A DNA stretch of 64,000 nt, taken from Octopus sinensis. Lineage: Eukaryota. Every line of letters starts with the position of its first letter. Position 1 is the first letter of the stretch. The position numbers and the translations under genes were made by a program. Below, piece after piece: positions 40,384 to 53,026 of the stretch. Under the pieces are notes generated by a model. That model saw only the letters and a list, made by a program, of their open reading frames with translations, was not told the DNA's origin and searched no databases. The DNA lies in assembly GCF_006345805.1 (NCBI RefSeq), contig NC_043000.1, positions 9,610,001 through 9,674,000 of the forward strand. Direction: 5' to 3'.

Positions 40384-40434
<51 letters not shown>

Positions 40435-40435
<1 letters not shown>

Positions 40436-40752
40436 GAATGATAGCAAAAGGGGCTGATTGCTACCTAACTCAGATACCAGGAAACCCCAAAATGGCAGAA
40501 ATTTAAAAGATAGTGCTCATGGGAACTGCTCATATCCTACGCAAAATACTTTCTTTGTAATCTCAAGTTTTAAAACAAACATAATTTTCGTATGGTTTTT
40601 TAGGCATTCACTAGTACAACATTAAGTACAAAACCAAATATATGGCACCCTAGGCATAACACCAGCATGAACTTCCAACTTGTTGTCTCTTGAGGTCTCT
40701 GGGTGAGACTTGGAGCCAGCTTGTGCAAATGTAAAGCAAAAGTCAAACATAG
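40435..40752 (+). mobile_element. R4/Dong-like 3' end (subfamily 4) in (AAT)n
   Basis: MIAKGADCYLTQIPGNPKMAEI*KIVLMGTAHILRKILSL* plus a ~230-bp UTR. Confidence 0.85.
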
Positions 40753-40795
40753 AATAATAATAATAATAATGGTAATAATAATAATAATAATAATA

Positions 40796-40857
<62 letters not shown>

Positions 40858-40874
40858 AATACTAATAATAATAA

Positions 40875-41419
40875 CTGCAGAATATGTGGAGATGGACAAG
40901 AAACAATAAATCATATTATCTCTGGCTGCCCAGTCCTGGCTAGGAAGGAATATATTCACAGACACGACAGAGTTGGGATCTACATACACAGGAAGCTATG
41001 CCAGTAGGCTAGATATGGTTGTCAGAGATCATGAAGAAAAAATGCTTACAAATTGATGTATCAATACCAGCAGATGACAACGTGTCTCTAAAAGAAATGG
41101 AGTAATTTTCAAAATACAAAGACCTGGAAATAGAGGTAACTCGAATGTGGAATCTAAAAACAGAAACAATTCCTATCATAGTAGGCGCATTAGGTATGAT
41201 AAAAAAATATTCAGACAAATACATAACAAAAACACCAGGACTTACAAATACATATAACATACAGAAAATTGCACTACTGGGCACTGCACACATCCTATGC
41301 AAAACACTTTCAGTACAGTAACCATCAGAGCATCACAACAAATCACAGCACATACCCAAGGCGCACAGAGCTGCGCTCGGTAGTGAAGTGAAAGCACAAT
41401 ATAAAAAATATACTACTGA
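40875..41419 (+). mobile_element. R4/Dong-like 3' end (subfamily 1) with CCHC knuckle and internal deletion
   Basis: CRICGDGQETINHIISGCPVLARKEYIHRHDRVG, then IDVSIPADDNVSLKEM..., highly similar to 32691-33064. Confidence 0.9.
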
Positions 41420-41446
41420 GTAATAATAATAATAATAATAATAATA

Positions 41447-41481
<35 letters not shown>

Positions 41482-42249
41482 TAAATAATAATGGTAATAA
41501 TAGTGATAATAAGTATTTCAAGTTATGGCATATGGCCCAGCAAGTTTACGGGAAAGGAATTTTAATAATAAATATATTAGCTAAGTAAAAAAGTCTCTTA
41601 AATTAATCACCTTAATTTGAAACTGACTGCAAATAGCTCCTTAAATCAGTATATTTAATTTACAGGATTAGTAATCCCATCTTGGAAAATACTGAATGTG
41701 TCGGATATCTGAGAATAAAACTTACCTGGCTATAAATAACGTAATATTTCGTGGCATACACTAAATTTGAACTGCCGCCATTTTTCCAGACATCTTGACA
41801 ATGTTACGTTTAAATCTGACGGTAAATGAAAAGGTGTGCCGTATTTGTGATTTTATTCGGCAACTGCAGTGACTCGATGATCGCCAACTTCTTCTTGAAT
41901 GTGGTCGGATCCTTCATGTTTAGAGTCAGAAAAAGCTTCAGGCTTCTGACAAAGATGTGATATCCGTAATCAGGAGAAAGAAACATTCTCAGCGGTTAGA
42001 TCCTGTTAGGATGGTTGTGTTCGTCCAGCACGTCCAGGGGGTTAACAACAAAAAAATTTAGTGAACCGATGAGAGGCATGGAGGAACAGTTCAAAGTGGT
42101 GGAGTTCACTATGAAATTTATGGAACACGAGGACATTAGATACAAATCCTATTTGAGGAGTGAGTAGTTCATGTTACAGCAAAACTCGAGAGAACCGTAT
42201 AATTATATGGACCACAACAATCGCATGCCTTTTCAGCTCCTCTGATACT

Positions 42250-42705
42250 GGTTTCTAATTTTGGCACAAGGTCAGAAATTTTGAGGGAGGGGTCTAATCG
42301 ATTATATCGATCCCACTTTTCAACTGGTACTTATTTTATCCACTGCGAATAGGAGGAAAGACAAAGTCAACCTCGGCGGAATTTGAATCCAGATCGTAAG
42401 GATGGACGAAATATCCGACGAAATACCCGACGTGCTAACGATCCTGTCAGCTTACCACCTTAACTACTCTGATATTAGCCACAAATAATCTTTTCTACTC
42501 TAGGTACAAGGCCCGAAATTTTTGGGGAAGGGGCTAGTCGATTAGATCGACCCCAGTACGCAACTGATACTTTATTTATCAACCTCGAAAGGATGAAAGG
42601 CAAAGTCGACATCAGCGGAATTTGAACGCAGAACGTAAAGACAGGCGAAATACTGCTAAGCATTTTGCCCAGCGTGCTCACGATTCTGCCAGGTCGCCGC
42701 CTTAA
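42250..42705 (-). mobile_element. Two tandem SINE-B copies
   Basis: Family-B reverse complements at 42250-42462 and 42490-42705. Confidence 0.85.
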
Positions 42706-42932
42706 CTACACTGATGTTGGTGGTGATGGTGGTAGCAGTGGCGGAGAGTTGTTGTCCGATCTGCGGTTCTATGTAAGGATTCGTGGGAGGCCGCCGATAC
42801 GGTCGTGGAGGATAGTAGATCCTAGCAGCAGTCATTTTTCGCGATCGCATCGGGAGAATTATTAGTATAAAACGTCTCTGTAACTATTGCTGTAGTTTAT
42901 GTTTTGTAAAAAAGAAACATTTAAATGGGCAT

Positions 42933-42984
<52 letters not shown>

Positions 42985-43021
42985 TAATTGCTCACACACA
43001 TACGCACACGTACATATATGT

Positions 43022-43120
<99 letters not shown>

Positions 43121-43768
43121 CAAACACACACACATCATGCTCATATATCAATATCAATGAGGTTATTTTGACAATAAATAAAATACGTTCGTATATTTTG
43201 AAGACATATCATGACTACTGGCTCCTCTCTTTAATAGTTTCTTTGAAACATCTCTTAGAAACGGTTGTAATCATTGGCCAGTAATGGAAGATAAGAAGCA
43301 ATGTGTGAGCAATAACGGCAACAAATGTAGATAGTAATGGGAAAACTCAACAGGAAATATAAAAAGTAGCTCAGGCCCTAAAATCTAAAGGATTGCCGTT
43401 TCCATCAATTTGCAACACCATTAAATAAATGTTTAGTCTAGGCAGAAGCTGACTTCCATAAATAGGTTGTGATGATGTTGATGAGAGTAGTGATAAGGAG
43501 AAGAGGAAATAAAACTGATGATAACAAAATGACAACCTTCAGAGATACTATTATAAAATTCTTTGAAAATAGTAAATATTGTCTGATGTTTTGATTTTAT
43601 TTGATTATATTGGCAGAAATATTCCGTAGAAATGCTCCCAAATTGCAACGGACTCAATTTACAGAAAGCATTATTAAATAGAGAATTCAAAGTAGATAAT
43701 AATAAACTCATTCAGGTTTGGTGGAAAGCCATAAATGGACTAAATTCGTAACAGTAATACATTTAACG

Positions 43769-44372
43769 AAGGCGGTGAGCTGGCAGAAACGTTAGCACGC
43801 CGGGCGAAATGCTTTGCGGTATTTCGTCTGGCGCAACGTTGTGAGTTCAAATTCCGCTGAGGTCGACTTTGCCTTTCATCCTTTCGGGGTCGATAAATTA
43901 AGTACCAGTTACGCACTGGGGTCGATGTAATCGACTTAATACCTATGTCTGTCCTTCTTTGTCCCCTCTGTGTTTAGCCCCTCGTGGGTAGTAAAGAAAT
44001 AGGTATTTCGTCTGCGGTTACGCTCTGAGTTCAAACTCCGCCGAGGTCGACTTTGCCTTTCATCCTTTCGGGGTCGATTAAATAAGTACCAGTTACGCAC
44101 TGGGGTCGATATAATCGACTTAATCCGTTTGTCTGTCCTTGTTTGCCCTCTATGTGTTTAGCACCTTGTGGGTAGTAAAGAAATAAGTATTTCGTCTGCC
44201 GTTACGTTCTGAGTTCAAATTCCGCCGAAGTCAACTTTGCCTTACATCCTTTGCGGGGCAGGGGGTTGATAGATTAAGTACCAGTTGTGTACTGTGGTCG
44301 ATCTAATCGACTGCCATCCCCCACCAAAAAAAAAAAGCGACTTCGGGCCTTGTGCATAGAGTAGAGAAGTAT
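43769..44372 (+). mobile_element. SINE family B, three-unit copy
   Basis: Unit starts at 43818, 44002 and 44186 (184-bp period). Confidence 0.92.
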
Positions 44373-45061
44373 TGTGTTTAACGACTCTCGTTCTTAATTC
44401 AAATCTCGTCGGTGTCAGGTTTGCCTTTTATCATACTAAAAGTGATAGACTAATCGCCCCCACTTGATCATATTTTACTTTGTTTCTTACAAAACAAATC
44501 ACTATTGATCTCTTCAAATCTACTGATGTAAATGACACTGAACTCATAGGCATAATTACAGATAATTATCGCTTGATACAAAAATGAAACCATAAATCAA
44601 GAGGTATGACAGGTGAATATATATTCATTTAACCACATGATTTCCGTGGTATTACAGCTGTTTCGCAACATTTTTCGTGTAAGTATTAATTTCAGTATGG
44701 AAGAAATTATGCGTAGATGATTCACCTCGCATACCTCCTGAACTTATAATTTTATATACTTCTCATGAAATACTTTCACAAATCGGATCTTGATTTTTCA
44801 GATACATAGACACTCTACATTACACTTCTTCGTAATTGATTACTATATGCGGCTGATAGCCGAGTTCGTAAAAGGAGCTTTCTGTAATAGCAGCACCATT
44901 CTCTGAATCCGCATATTATGCTATTCATTTTCACACACTGTTCTCTTAATTCATGCTAGAAATTCATTTAATGATAATGTCTATAAATATATATGCTTGG
45001 AATATATCAAAGCTTTTATTTTTGCTTGAAACCGGTATTGTACTGTATAATATTCATGGAA

Positions 45062-45186
<125 letters not shown>

Positions 45187-45206
45187 CTTATCTATCTACA
45201 TATTTA

Positions 45207-45293
45207 CCTTTTTTTTTTAAACCTTCAAAAGAAAAGCTCTACCTTGTAATTTGTTCTATCTGTGTGCAGCCCTGTGTGGCTAATAAAGAAACA
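45207..45293 (+). mobile_element. Tx1-like LINE 3'-terminal fragment A (~87 bp)
   Basis: Identical, apart from T-run length, to the end of the long copy (48603-48688); flanked by (TCTA)n. Confidence 0.92.
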
Positions 45294-45317
45294 TATCTAC
45301 CTACCTATCTACCTACA

Positions 45318-45404
<87 letters not shown>

Positions 45405-45412
<8 letters not shown>

Positions 45413-45656
45413 TTTTCATTTCTCTTTCCTTTTGTTCCTTTTCCTTTTCTTTTTTTTCTTTTTATTCTTCTTATTTTATTCAATTTTGTTTTTGTTTTTG
45501 TTCTTTTCTTCCCTTTTACGATCCCTCTTGATCGAAAACCTACGCCACCCCCCTTTTTTTTCTTTTGTTTTTTGTTCTCTTCATCCCCCAAAAGAAAAGC
45601 TCTACCTTGTAACTTGTCCCATCTGTGTGCAGCCCTGTGTGGCCAATAAAGAAACT
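45405..45656 (+). mobile_element. Tx1-like LINE 3'-terminal fragment B (~250 bp, diverged)
   Basis: ccttttacgatccctcttgatcgaaa...caaaagaaaagctctaccttgtaacttgtcccatctgtgtgcagccctgtgtggccaataaagaaac, then (TCTA)n. Confidence 0.9.
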
Positions 45657-45659
45657 TAG

Positions 45660-45784
<125 letters not shown>

Positions 45785-48688
45785 AATAGAGTAGAGGGTG
45801 AGCTAGTTAAGAAGCTAGAAGAGGCAATTAGAAGCGGCATCGCATCCGACGTTTTGGCGGCGAGGTTGGCTCTCGACCAACACTTCAACGCCAAACACGA
45901 AGGATGTGCTGTCAGAGCTAGGATGCGTGCTCTAAGGAACGAAGGTGTTGGAGCCGCGAGAGAGGCCCGGGTGGCAGAGGCGCAACAGGGCAACAAAGCC
46001 ACCATTCGGTCCCTGGTAGATGAACAGGGGCGCGAATTGCTCGAGCCAAGTAAAATGTGTGAGGCCTTTCAGCAACATTTTGCCCGACTGTTCGGAACGA
46101 GTGGAGGGCAAGAACGTAGGGTGGACTTCAGTGCCTACCTACATAGCCTACCACGACTCTCGACAAGAAAGGCAGGGTGCTGCGAAGGTGCCATCACGGC
46201 GGCGGAAGTGCAGGAAGCGATGGCAGAATGCTCGAGGGACAAATCACCGGGTTTGGATGGTCTACCCTACGAGCTTTACAATTGTATGCCAGACTTGTTT
46301 GGAGATCTCTTGGCGGCGGTGTACTGCAACTGGCAGCAAAACGGGAGCATTCCTGGTTTTGTGAGCCGAGGAGCCGTAACACTGCTGAAGAAAGATCTAA
46401 ACAAGGGAAATGTAATAGATAACTTTAGGCCCATCACTCTGCTTAATGCAGACTTGAAAATTTTGGCCAAGGTGCTAGCCAAGAGGTTGGCGCTTGTCAT
46501 CGAGAAACTGGTCGACAAGGCGCAAACGTGCGCCGTGCCAGGCCGGACCATCCATGACAACCTCCATCTGATGCGCTACATCATAGACAGGGTAGTTAAC
46601 GAACCTGGCATGGGTGGGGCCCTGATCAACTTGGATCAATCGAAAGCCTTTGATAGGGTAGACCATCGATACTTGGAGGCAGTCCTGAGAGCGGCTGGTT
46701 TCGGTCCCGTCTTCCGCGGCTGGATAGCTGCCTTGTACAGAGGCATCCGTTCGGTAATTTGCGTAAATGGACATCTATCGAGACCTTTCGACATTGCACG
46801 TTCGGTCCGTCAGGGATGCCCCCTCTCGGCGCTTCTATACGTATTGACTCTTGAGCCACTACTGCGGAAGCTGGCGACTCTAAGGGGCATCCCGCGAGAA
46901 TTGGGATGCGGGACGAGCGTGTCTGCATACGCGGACGACGTCACCGTCATAGTGTCTAGCCACGAGCACATCGAGCTGGTCGGCGAGACACTGAAAAACT
47001 ACGAAGCGGTGACAGAAGCCAAAATCAACCGGGAAAAGTCAGTGGGCTTGCGACTAGGCACCTGGAGAAGCAAGCCCATGCCGTCCACCAGCGCCTCCGT
47101 CGTGGGACGCTGGACCGACGGCCCGGTTGAGTTGCTCGGGGTCTGGTTTGGTCCGGACCTCCAAGTGGAGAAGAACTGGAACGAGATAACGAGTAGGGTG
47201 GTCACTCTCGCCCGGCAATGGGCCGAGAGGAAACTGTCCCTAAAAGGTCGAGCGGAGGTGGCGAACACGTACATCGCGTCCGTCATCTACTACCGCCTGA
47301 CCGTCGTACCTTGTCCCGACCCTACCATCACCAACCTACAACGCATTCTCTTTCGCTTCTTGTGGAAAGGATGCGTCCCGATGGTCAGGCGATCCATTTG
47401 CTGTCAACACCCGTTAAAAGGAGGGCTGGGCATGCCGTGGTTGATGATGCGCAGACACGCGCTGAGACTGCGACATCTCTGGCTCTATGTAGACGACGGT
47501 GAACAGGTGTGGTCGCCGTTTGTGAGGCACGCTTTCCCGCAGCTCGTCTCCATGACCGAACTGCAGTCGTGGATTAAAAAGAGGCCGAGGAAGGGCGAAT
47601 GGCACCGCGAGTGTCGCGTTGCTCTCAAGCAACTCTGCCGTCCTGGGTCGACCTTAAGTGACTTCAACACAACCAAAGCATTCTATAGGGGTTTAGTGGA
47701 GGGGAGGTACGACGACGAGCTCGGGGCGAACCTGGACGTCGACGAGGAGTACCTGACTCGCCTGTTCAGGACGACTTTCGGGCCAGGGCCCATGGACAAC
47801 TTCCAGAGATCCCTGGCCTGGCAGTGCTACCGAGAAGCGCTACCCGTTCGGGATAAGCTCTACAGACACGGCTCGAGAAACACGGGGCCGACCTGCCCGA
47901 GATGCGGTCAGAGCGACGAAACCGTTCTACACGCACTCGTTCAGTGTCCAACAATTTCCGACCTGTGGGCTTTTGTCGAACAACTGCTGTCACGTGTGGG
48001 ACGAGTCGGTTTATCAGCTGAGTCTATCGTCAATATTGTCACGCCTCCTTCCTTCAAACGGGAAGGAAGAGCTATTTTCATCATCCTTGTGGCTATGGCG
48101 AAAGAATGTATCTGGTGGACGCGTCTGAAAGGATTGGAGACAAACACTTTCCTCTCTGGTCAATCTCTCATCAACTTCTTCAAGTACCACTTGAAAAGGA
48201 AAGTGAGAGTAGAGAGGCAAGTTTTGTCTAGCGAATGTTTTAAAAAAAATGGGTGAATGTAGCAAGAATGGCACGTATGAATGACGAAGCCACCTTGAGC
48301 ATAGTCCTATGAACCCAGAAATTGAAAACAGAGATTTGCTTATTTGCAAAAAAAAAAAAAAAAAAAGAAAATAAAATGTGACTTCATTGACCGAGGTTAC
48401 CGTGGTCTTTTCCGTAGGCTTTTCTTTCCACAGGTAAACCTCACCTGTCCTCCCCTTTACACTTCATATTGACATTTCTGTGATAACGATCCCTATTGAT
48501 CAATTTTTTTTTTTTTTTTCCTCTCCCCCCTTTTTTTTAACCCCCCCATTTTTTGTCCTCTTTCTCTCCTTTTACGATCCCTTTTGATCGAAACTCCCCC
48601 TTTCCTTTTTTTTAAACCTTCAAAAGAAAAGCTCTACCTTGTAATTTGTTCTATCTGTGTGCAGCCCTGTGTGGCTAATAAAGAAACA
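45785..48688 (+). mobile_element. Tx1/L1-clade non-LTR retrotransposon, 5'-truncated, young
   Basis: Much more GC-rich than the flanks; ORF2 remnant plus ~380-bp 3' UTR ending aataaagaaaca directly into (TCTA)n; no ORF1 or APE domain present. Confidence 0.92.
45854..48256 (+). CDS. LINE ORF2 remnant: reverse transcriptase + zf-RVT-type zinc-binding domain (800 aa; frame open from 45776, no true start)
   Basis: KSPGLDGLP, NFRPITLLNADLKILAK, DQSKAFDRVDH, VRQGCPLS, YADD, LSLKGRA, CPRCGQSDETVLHALVQC; a probable 1-nt loss in the A-run at 48242-48249 removes WVNVARMARMNDEATLSIVL* (to 48312). Confidence 0.93.
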   Translation: MAARLALDQHFNAKHEGCAVRARMRALRNEGVGAAREARVAEAQQGNKATIRSLVDEQGRELLEPSKMCEAFQQHFARLFGTSGGQERRVDFSAYLHSLPRLSTRKAGCCEGAITAAEVQEAMAECSRDKSPGLDGLPYELYNCMPDLFGDLLAAVYCNWQQNGSIPGFVSRGAVTLLKKDLNKGNVIDNFRPITLLNADLKILAKVLAKRLALVIEKLVDKAQTCAVPGRTIHDNLHLMRYIIDRVVNEPGMGGALINLDQSKAFDRVDHRYLEAVLRAAGFGPVFRGWIAALYRGIRSVICVNGHLSRPFDIARSVRQGCPLSALLYVLTLEPLLRKLATLRGIPRELGCGTSVSAYADDVTVIVSSHEHIELVGETLKNYEAVTEAKINREKSVGLRLGTWRSKPMPSTSASVVGRWTDGPVELLGVWFGPDLQVEKNWNEITSRVVTLARQWAERKLSLKGRAEVANTYIASVIYYRLTVVPCPDPTITNLQRILFRFLWKGCVPMVRRSICCQHPLKGGLGMPWLMMRRHALRLRHLWLYVDDGEQVWSPFVRHAFPQLVSMTELQSWIKKRPRKGEWHRECRVALKQLCRPGSTLSDFNTTKAFYRGLVEGRYDDELGANLDVDEEYLTRLFRTTFGPGPMDNFQRSLAWQCYREALPVRDKLYRHGSRNTGPTCPRCGQSDETVLHALVQCPTISDLWAFVEQLLSRVGRVGLSAESIVNIVTPPSFKREGRAIFIILVAMAKECIWWTRLKGLETNTFLSGQSLINFFKYHLKRKVRVERQVLSSECFKKNG

Positions 48689-48707
48689 TATCTATCTATC
48701 TATCTAT

Positions 48708-48762
<55 letters not shown>

Positions 48763-48827
48763 GTCTCTGTCTGTCTATCTATCTATTATCTATCTATCTA
48801 CCTACTACCTACCTACCTACTACCTAC

Positions 48828-48878
<51 letters not shown>

Positions 48879-48934
48879 CTATCTATCGATCTATCTATTT
48901 ATCTATCTATTTATCTACCTACCTACCTACCTAC

Positions 48935-48998
<64 letters not shown>

Positions 48999-49579
48999 TA
49001 TATATCTCTGTCTGACTGAGGGATTGTCTATATAGTCATAAGAGATGACATGAGAATAAATATTTCATTAGCTTCATTTTAATATATAAATTAATTTCAG
49101 TGAAATGAATTGCATTATATATATAATGATTCTAAGCATGAATATCAGATGGGCACAAATGCTAACATCAACAATGTTTCCATAAATGTAAGCATAAATG
49201 CGAACATAAACGGTGTTAACATATACGATGACAGACTAAACCGAGAATCCAACTTCCATTATAGTATAGAACTGACATTATTTGTTAAATTTACAAAAAT
49301 ATAAATTCTACTCTAAGAACTTTACACTTGATTTCTAATAAAATATCACTTAACTTTTATGAGGAAATTAATGTTTCTTGTACAAAAATTGGACAGAAAA
49401 TTTTAGTTGCATTCTAAAAATATAAAATGTTTCGTAATTTAACACGCCAAGGCTTACGTATTGGATCCAGTATTAATAAGAGAAAGCGTTTGGGTGCCAA
49501 TAATTTTCGCATCCACACACACACAAACACACTCATACATATTCATATATACACATTATACATACATATATACATACAT

Positions 49580-49639
<60 letters not shown>

Positions 49640-49896
49640 GATACATATATTTATATATGCATATACATGTACATATACATATGCATATGTATGTATATAT
49701 TTTGTACATATATATGTATGTATATATATTGTATATATATATATATATATATATATGCATATCTATATGTATATATATGCATATATATATTATATATGCA
49801 TATATTATATATACATATATTTATAAATATATATATACATACATATATATATATATATACATGTATATATACATATATACAGATATACCTATGTGT

Positions 49897-49927
<31 letters not shown>

Positions 49928-50034
49928 CATGTGTATATATGAATATGTATGAATGTCTTTGTGTATGCATGACTATGAAAATTATTGGCAGCAAAGCATT
50001 TTCTCTTATTGATATTGGATCTAATATTTTATCG

Positions 50035-50260
50035 CCCGAAGGCGGCGAGCTGGTAGAAACGTTAGCACGCCTGGCAAAATACATATGGTATTTCTTCTGC
50101 CACTACGCTCTGAGTTCAATTTCCGCTGAGGTTGGCTTTGTTTTTCATCCTTTCGGGGTCGATTAAATAAATACCAGGTACGCACTTAGGTTGATGTAAT
50201 TGATTGAATCCCTTTGTCTGTCCTTATTTGTCCCCTCCGTGTTTAGCTCCTTGTGGGCAA
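50035..50260 (+). mobile_element. SINE family B with linker
   Basis: gaaggcggcgagctggtagaaacgttagcacgcc...ttgtgggcaataaagaa. Confidence 0.82.
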
Positions 50261-50477
50261 TAAAGAAAGAAATATTTTATCGCCTGAGAGTGCTGAATTA
50301 CGAAGCATTGATAATGACTTCGAGGTTTGGGCCTACTAAACCATCATCGGACAGTTCGATGATGGCATCTCGTCCATCTTTACGCCCTGAGTTCAAATTT
50401 TCCCGTAAAATAGTAAAATAGTATGACAACAAAAGAATGAAAGAGACCTCGATATTATGTAAATAGAGGAATTTATC

Positions 50478-50614
50478 TGTAAAAGTAATATGTGACAATA
50501 TGTGACATTTTTCCCGATGGCCAGATAACTGAAGAGATGGCGGCCTGGATTTCCACTTCGGCATCCGAAACTCGGAGTTTTATCATGGCTACCGAATAAT
50601 TGTCACATATTACT

Positions 50615-50620
<6 letters not shown>
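50478..50620. mobile_element. 143-bp MITE with perfect 22-bp TIRs
   Basis: tgtaaaagtaatatgtgacaat ... attgtcacatattacttttaca. Confidence 0.85.
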
Positions 50621-50695
<75 letters not shown>

Positions 50696-50699
50696 TATA

Positions 50700-50780
<81 letters not shown>

Positions 50781-50994
50781 CACCTCTCTGTGCACACATA
50801 TACGTTCTTATATTTCCACTCTAAAGGGATACAAAATATATATATTATGCAATTTTAATTCAAATCTAAGTTATCTAATATTGCCTATACTACAATAAAC
50901 AACTCTTAACTAATTATCTCCTTCTCGTGGTGTAATGATAATATTAATTACTTATGCAAACATGAATTACCCGTATAAAACCAAAGGATTTCAT

Positions 50995-51360
50995 TAATGA
51001 GTCGATGGTCTACCACAAGGCTCATTGTTTGATGTAACTACCTTCTTAGTTATTAATTAAAAACCAACAACAACTCCAAACTAATATTCATGTTTTCTCC
51101 ATCATAGAAATGTAAGCATATCTCATTGCTGTGTGCAGACGGAATACAGATATGATTGATCTGGATTTTAATTAGGCTGCAATAATGAAATTAATCATTG
51201 ATGGCTTGGAATCAGGCACTGAGAAATCATTTCAGTGTATTTCTTCTAAAGGTCGTAGATTAAGCATGTTTATTGTAGGTCGAATCTCTCCTGATATCCT
51301 CGTCAGTTTAAATACATGGAATAATTTATCCTCCATCTTTGACTTGTTTCTGTCATCGGA
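50995..51360 (+). pseudogene. Decayed I/Jockey-type RT fragment
   Basis: DGLPQGSLFDVTTFLVIN, then AAIMKL..GLESGTEKSFQCISSKGRR and SIFD, echoing GVPQGS...F.I.IN / G..FS.EKT.C / IFD motifs. Confidence 0.45.
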
Positions 51361-51439
51361 CTCCGGTCATTCTGGGGCACTGTCGAACAAATCGATCGCA
51401 GTACATAGTTTCAAAGTCTGCTACTTGTTCAGTCGGACA

Positions 51440-51681
51440 CTTTTACCGCATCACTAAGACATGAGAACGTAAACAAACCTACACTTAATGTCAAGCAAAG
51501 GCGGGAGACAAGCACAAACACAAAGATACACACCCACACATATTCACACAAAGACACACACATGCACACACACATGTACTTACGATGGGCTTCCACGTAG
51601 TTTCCGTCTACAAAGTGGGATTGTACCCAAAACCATGTAGTTGCAGAGCAAGCTTCTTAACCACATAGCAATGTCTGCGCT
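51440..51681 (-). mobile_element. SINE family A, deleted and diverged
   Basis: gtttccgtctac...aaaccatgtagttgcagagcaagcttcttaaccacatagc on +. Confidence 0.7.
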
Positions 51682-52579
51682 TTTATAAAAAAAAGGAAAA
51701 ATTAGAAATTTTGCTATACACAACCCAGTCTATTACTGTATCAGAATTACGTCTTATTTCGCTATTTCCAGAATATTTCGCATAAAATAAAGCAAAGCTT
51801 GTGTACATACGTATATATGTTTGTGGTTTTGTACATATGTATGTGCGTATCTCTGTGTGTTTATAAAGCACGCACATGTCACAACAACACCGCACAATTA
51901 TTGATTAATACCGAATCCACTAAATGTCAATACATGTCTCCATGACGAACAATACCTAGCATGTAGAAAGCGAAGGTATCAAGGGACAGAAGTTGGTTGA
52001 AATCATCGAACTAAAAGCTAAGCCAGCTTCCTCATTCGAGACAGTTTGACTGAGAGCTGATCTGCTGGAAAATTTCTGTCACAAGGAATATTAAATAAAG
52101 TTTTGGAATACAAAAGCGATTGTATTAATCTTCGTGGTATTTTGTTATTATTTGCCATCATGAAAAAAGTAGTGATCAGGTAGAATTAGAATTGCTAGTA
52201 CGCTGGAAAAGGTGCTTTGTAGCTTTTCTTCTGGGTTTACGTTCTGAGTTCAAATGACGGTGAGGTCGGGTTTGCCTTTCATCCTTTCGGTATCGATAGA
52301 ATAAAGTAGTGGGAAGCCCCTACCTTCCAAAATTGCTGGCCTTGTGTCTAAACTGGAAACAATTATTTCTCTTCTGATTAATCTGATTGTGCAAATCCAT
52401 AATAGAAGACATTCCAGGCTTGAGCATCCAGTCGTTTTGTCTGTCTAGGACCTCATTGGCTATTGTGCTCAGATAAAAAAAAAAAAGAATGGATAAAGTG
52501 GAGCACTAGTCAAGTAGTCACCAACCACTGGCATTACTGTCTTGAGTCCTAGGACTCACAGGGCTGGTTGCCCGGTGTC

Positions 52580-53026
52580 TGGGGTGCGTGTAGGTGAGTA
52601 GGTTAGTGGTGTGGGTGTTGGAGTCGTGATCGTAAGATTGTGGTTTCGATTCCTGGATCAGGCGATGCGTTGTGTTCTTGAGCAAAACACTTCATTTCAC
52701 GTTGCTCCAGTCCACTCTGCTGGCAAAAATGAGTAATCTTGCAACGGACCAGCATCCCGTCCAGTGGAAACCGGAAAACCGGCCCTATAAGTCTAAATGA
52801 CCCGAGAAAGATTTTTATCCTTATCCCTATGGCGTATAGTGACAGAGATCGTATAGTGACCGAGATCCCAACACTTCCTCAGTCCATCGCAGGGTTACTC
52901 ATTTACAGCCGAGTGCACTGGAGTAGAGTGAATTGAAGGGTTGTACTCAAGAACATAACGTAGTTCCCGAACTGGGAATCGAAACCATGATTTTGCGAAC
53001 AACACCCCTAACCACTAAATCTCGCA
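52580..53026. mobile_element. Tail-to-tail SINE-C pair (head 2 + tail B): 52580-52797 (+) and 52850-53026 (-)
   Basis: gcgttgtgttcttgagcaaaacac..gttgctccagtccactc..gagtaatcttgcaacggac, and its reverse complement cagtccatcgcagggttactc..gagtgcactggagtag. Confidence 0.75.

Noticed and set aside
41770-42210. Possible Tc1-like transposase relic
   Set aside because: Only a vague LQQN resemblance; no DDE spacing or TIRs found.
43310-43360. Cadherin-like ITATNVDSNG
   Set aside because: Flanked by stops; too short to distinguish from chance.
46020-48349. Alternative-frame and antisense ORFs inside the LINE
   Set aside because: By-products of GC-rich coding sequence.
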